IMG/VR virus record: IMGVR_UViG_3300049489_000428
Coordinates: 1-57,255 of that record
Length of the DNA: 57,255 nucleotides
DNA from: a virus
Lineage: Duplodnaviria; Caudoviricetes
Reading direction: 5' to 3' (one strand)
The translations under genes were made by a program, and so were the position numbers. The notes under the pieces were generated by a model. The model ran no database searches. It saw only the letters and a list, made by a program, of their open reading frames with translations, and was not told the origin of the DNA. How positions within the stretch are numbered: position 1 is the stretch's first letter; each line of letters begins with the position of its first letter. This document shows positions 54,013-57,255 of this stretch, piece after piece.

Positions 54013-54744
54013 TTAGGCTGTAGCTTCTGCCTTCTTCGCTTTCTTAGCTGCGCCGTCATAGTCAGCGCAAGTAAGTCCGCGGCGAGTAAGCATTGTCTTA
54101 ACACCACGATCAGTCTTTTCAAGAGCCGTCGCGATTTCAGCAACCTTCATGCCGGGAATCTTAGCCAGAATTTCTTCAACTGGGTCAACGTTGTCAACCT
54201 TAGTTGCTTGCTTGGGAAGAGCAGTCAGCTCACCACTGCGAAGATAGCTAAGAGCCTTACCACGAATTGAGGGAACGCTCTTACCAAGAGCCTTCGCCAT
54301 ATCTTCAACACTGGCACCTGACTTGGCCATGCTAAGGAATACGGTTTCCTGTTCGGGGGTAAAGGTACGAGGCTCAACAGCCTTCTCAGTTTTCTTAACC
54401 GCGGCGGTCAGATCAAGGCTAAGAACCTTACCTTGAATAACCTTAGGCTCATACTTACCTTCTAGGAAGTTCGCAGCAATTTCTGCATAAGTATACTTAC
54501 CTTCGTTTTCGGATACGAAAGTCTTAAGGGCTTCGGTATCTCCTGGCGAAAACTTAGGTTCGCGGACCTTCGCCATACTGGCCACTTCGTGGCCCAGCTT
54601 GCGCAGCTTAGCTGCTACTGAACGAGAAGTCGTTCCCAGTTGTTCCGCCGCTGCTGCAACTGCATCACCCGAAACTGGGGAGGCTGTTCCAACGAGAGTA
54701 AGAAGTTGGGCGGTTACTTCATCATTCCACTTAAAAGTGCTCAT
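54013..54744 (-). CDS. D5: D5 DNA-binding protein
   Basis: RSVAAKLRKLG, IQGK.LS..LT, SIRGKALS, RGVKTMLTRRGL.C.DYDG. Confidence 0.92.
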   Translation of the reverse strand: MSTFKWNDEVTAQLLTLVGTASPVSGDAVAAAAEQLGTTSRSVAAKLRKLGHEVASMAKVREPKFSPGDTEALKTFVSENEGKYTYAEIAANFLEGKYEPKVIQGKVLSLDLTAAVKKTEKAVEPRTFTPEQETVFLSMAKSGASVEDMAKALGKSVPSIRGKALSYLRSGELTALPKQATKVDNVDPVEEILAKIPGMKVAEIATALEKTDRGVKTMLTRRGLTCADYDGAAKKAKKAEATA

Positions 54745-55508
54745 ACTTTTATATACCTTTCAATAAGCTGTTTAATCGTTAATATTGGAATATTTAACTT
54801 AAGCGCTTTATCTTTTTTTGTTGATTCTCGATCGTCCTCTTTTACAAGAACGTTAACCTTTGCGGTTAGATTGTCTACTACTTCAAAACCCAAACCTTTT
54901 AAATAGGTCTGAGCCTCTGTACGATTTTTATAATCGTTTAACAAACCGGTAATGCACACTACTACTGCTTGCTCCAGTTTAGCCGTAGAACTTTCTTTCT
55001 TCTTAGTTCTAAATGAAAACGGAAGCTGCATAACATCATCTTTGTTTACTTCCCACCACAGCATCAATTTCTCAGTAACTACGTTTCCTAACCCTGCTTC
55101 CTTACATTTTTCAATAGTTAGGTCTGGCAGATAGTGTAAGACTTTACATAGCTTTTGAGCCGCAACTGTTCCAAAACTTGGAATAGCTAATGCGGGTAGC
55201 AATTCCTCTAAGTCCGCATTACGCGACTGCTTGATGAATTCGATAATCTTAGTGGCCGTGGCATCTCCAAGAATATCTTTATACACACTAGGAGGCGTTG
55301 TATAAATCTCATTGACTGAGTTAAGATCCAATTTTTCAATTGTCTTTTCACCCAGACCCTTAATTTTCAAAACCTTAGCAAAATGTGCAATAGTCTTACT
55401 AACTTTAGCTGAGCAGTCAGCATTTCTACAAAATAATTGTCCATTAACTTCTTCGAGAGAAGATTCACAACACGGACACACACTCGGTATAATTATCTCG
55501 TTATTCAT
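54741..55508 (-). CDS. ligB: NAD-dependent DNA ligase subunit B
   Basis: CPCC..C....C zinc finger, IKGLG HhH, BRCT (VCITG, KA). Confidence 0.9.
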   Translation of the reverse strand: MNNEIIIPSVCPCCESSLEEVNGQLFCRNADCSAKVSKTIAHFAKVLKIKGLGEKTIEKLDLNSVNEIYTTPPSVYKDILGDATATKIIEFIKQSRNADLEELLPALAIPSFGTVAAQKLCKVLHYLPDLTIEKCKEAGLGNVVTEKLMLWWEVNKDDVMQLPFSFRTKKKESSTAKLEQAVVVCITGLLNDYKNRTEAQTYLKGLGFEVVDNLTAKVNVLVKEDDRESTKKDKALKLNIPILTIKQLIERYIKV

Positions 55509-55528
55509 TGATCTCTCAGCATTTATAT

Positions 55529-55557
55529 ATTATAGCACCAGAGCTTTACAAATTCAA
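55529..55557 (-). promoter_or_regulatory. early promoter between the ligase subunits
   Basis: TTGAAT-17-TATAAT with extended TG. Confidence 0.7.
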
Positions 55558-55567
55558 ACATAAAATT

Positions 55568-56551
55568 CTAACGCTTACTAACAATACACGGAATAATATC
55601 GCCACTCCGTATGACTTCGACTTCGTCTCCAATATGAAGATCCAGCGCTTTAATAAAAGCTACATTATTGAGTGTGGCCTTTGTAATAGTAGCATCATCA
55701 ATTACTACCGGGTCTAGAATAGCTACTGGTGTAACTCGACCACTTTTACCAACCTGCCATACTACATTTCGAAGTGTGGTAAAGATTCCAGACTTACGCT
55801 GTTTGACAGCGATAGCTCCACGTGGATGATGCGCTGTACATCCTAGACTGTTAAAGTATTTGTTATTGTTTATTCTAAATACTTTTCCATCCGCCCTATA
55901 CTTAGATTCATCTACGGTAAATACAGTTTCAAAACCTAGGGTGGCTAACTTACATAGATCATTGTGATACGTTTCCTCTAAAGCCGGCTGCACTCCATAT
56001 GCATAGAAATGCAAATCCTCGTCTCGAGAATTAAATTCATCCAGAGACTTTAGAGCAAGTGCTCCAGATACATAATTTCTAGAGTTGCTTACTTCCTTAG
56101 CTACCACAACTTCGCCGGAAACCTGGATAATATTTTGTCCCTTAAACGGTACGGTATTGAGCGGAGGAATGCCTTTAATTGTGCTAATTTTGTCCGTAAT
56201 GAGTTGCCCGACATCACCATCTCCTCTAGTAGTCGCATATGCAAACATACCATTAATATAGGTAAGTTCAATTGCGGCTCCGTCCAATTTTGGGGTTTTA
56301 ACTAAGTGGGAAGTATTTTCAAACTTATCTAGGGGTGGCGGCAGTCCTCCTTCGTTCTCGTAGTGTTTTCTAAGAGAATACATCGGAAATACGTGTCGCT
56401 TCGTATTATCTTTTAGTTTGGCACCCACCGTTTCGTGCTTGACCATATCGCTTAAACGATCATACTGGTCATCAGATAGAAGAAGATCCTTACCCCCGTA
56501 GTAGGCTTTGGAAGCATTCTCCAATAGTTCTAGTAAAATGGACTTATCCAT
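55568..56551 (-). CDS. ligA: NAD-dependent DNA ligase subunit A
   Basis: MYSL.K, PKLDG, TRGDG, WQVG.SGRVTPVA, RSGDIIP. Confidence 0.93.
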   Translation of the reverse strand: MDKSILLELLENASKAYYGGKDLLLSDDQYDRLSDMVKHETVGAKLKDNTKRHVFPMYSLRKHYENEGGLPPPLDKFENTSHLVKTPKLDGAAIELTYINGMFAYATTRGDGDVGQLITDKISTIKGIPPLNTVPFKGQNIIQVSGEVVVAKEVSNSRNYVSGALALKSLDEFNSRDEDLHFYAYGVQPALEETYHNDLCKLATLGFETVFTVDESKYRADGKVFRINNNKYFNSLGCTAHHPRGAIAVKQRKSGIFTTLRNVVWQVGKSGRVTPVAILDPVVIDDATITKATLNNVAFIKALDLHIGDEVEVIRSGDIIPCIVSKR

Positions 56552-56835
56552 TAAAAAGGTATCTCCTCTTCTTTATCAATCTGCAATAGTTTATCTTTTA
56601 ACTCTTGAGCTTCGGCAGTAGATAGTAGCTCATACAGACCAGTAAAGAGTCTGTATGTTGAGTCTATGGTAAGGGGGAACGTGGCCCCTTCCTTTGTTGG
56701 AGCATAGTCTCCCTCAAAAGTTAGAAAATACTTTCTAATATGAAGATACTGAACTCCACGAAATTCTGATACTGTAAGCCTCCATTGAAGGTCTTTAGCA
56801 TCATCTTCATACAAAACTTTTGAGTAGAGATCCAT
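56551..56835 (-). CDS. PC4/p15-like ssDNA-binding protein
   Basis: RLTVSEFRG..YLHIRKY......PTKEG. Confidence 0.85.
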   Translation of the reverse strand: MDLYSKVLYEDDAKDLQWRLTVSEFRGVQYLHIRKYFLTFEGDYAPTKEGATFPLTIDSTYRLFTGLYELLSTAEAQELKDKLLQIDKEEEIPF

Positions 56836-57137
56836 TAGAAATTATTCCTTAGTACATCCGACAGTGGTTCTACAGCTGTAACTGTTTCACAGTCAATAGC
56901 CTTGAAATCATTTAGATCCCAACAAAATGCAACCACCAAATTTTCTTTAGCTTTTCTAACCGAACTAAGAGTTGGAGGCTCTTTTCGATACTTGGCGAAA
57001 TACAAGTCCCTAATATACTGTGTTTTGAAATCTAGCGTACAAACGTAGTATTTCTGTTTATTAGATACCTTACTGTTATAGTACACATATGCGTCGCCAT
57101 GAGTAACTAGAAGGTTTACAAAAGCTTTGCGATTCAT
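56835..57137 (-). CDS. conserved T5-like hypothetical protein
   Basis: GDA, KY.VCT.DF...YI, FCWD, PLS.VL. Confidence 0.8.
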   Translation of the reverse strand: MNRKAFVNLLVTHGDAYVYYNSKVSNKQKYYVCTLDFKTQYIRDLYFAKYRKEPPTLSSVRKAKENLVVAFCWDLNDFKAIDCETVTAVEPLSDVLRNNF

Positions 57138-57255
57138 TTAAAAGTAACTCCGTATTTTGATAGATAAGACAAATCGCAGAGTTCCCACGGTGGTTGATAT
57201 GCACAATGCTGCAATGGTTCGTCCATTAGAAAAATATTGTACACCACCTGATTCT
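57134..57255 (-). CDS. D3: C-terminus of a D3-like protein (partial)
   Basis: ...YNIFLMDEPLQHCAYQPPWELCDLSYLSKYGVTFK*; ATGA overlap; synteny. Confidence 0.55.
   Translation of the reverse strand, partial: NQVVYNIFLMDEPLQHCAYQPPWELCDLSYLSKYGVTFK

Noticed and set aside
54741-56551. Split DNA ligase as a novelty
   Set aside because: A two-subunit NAD ligase is standard in T5-like phages.
1-57255. tRNA or rRNA genes
   Set aside because: No cloverleaf or T-loop signature seen in the intergenic gaps; tRNAscan would be needed to confirm.

Overview
About half of a T5-like siphophage genome (Demerecviridae-like gene content and order), in reverse orientation relative to the usual T5 map. It has three parts. 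(1) 1-~6.1 kb: a GC-richer pre-early/terminal-repeat-like region of short minus-strand gene cassettes, including an A2 homologue, a HAD phosphatase, a DEDDh exonuclease, a SprT protease, small membrane proteins and a 41-aa type IV prepilin-like ORF missing from the ORF track. Five indel-free 64-bp repeats separate the cassettes. Each carries a lambda-H'-type IHF site and is flanked by candidate host-regulator boxes (FNR/Anr, AlgR-like, Fur). (2) 6.2-37.3 kb, plus strand: late genes. TerS, an inserted TPR-GT9 glycosyltransferase plus methyltransferase, TerL, a secreted thermonuclease, a nicking HNH, portal, a protease-capsid fusion, neck and tail genes, a 2398-aa tape measure, a non-T5 baseplate, two Gly-rich tail proteins (one frameshifted), a lysis cassette and PhoH. 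(3) 37.3-57.3 kb, minus strand: the T5-like replication module (D3, PC4-like, split NAD ligase, D5, helicase, primase, PolA, D10-D15, dUTPase), with an inserted secreted reprolysin-like protease and a class II RNR split by a 1146-nt group I intron encoding an HNH endonuclease. All calls come from reading motifs and synteny by eye; no database searches were run.
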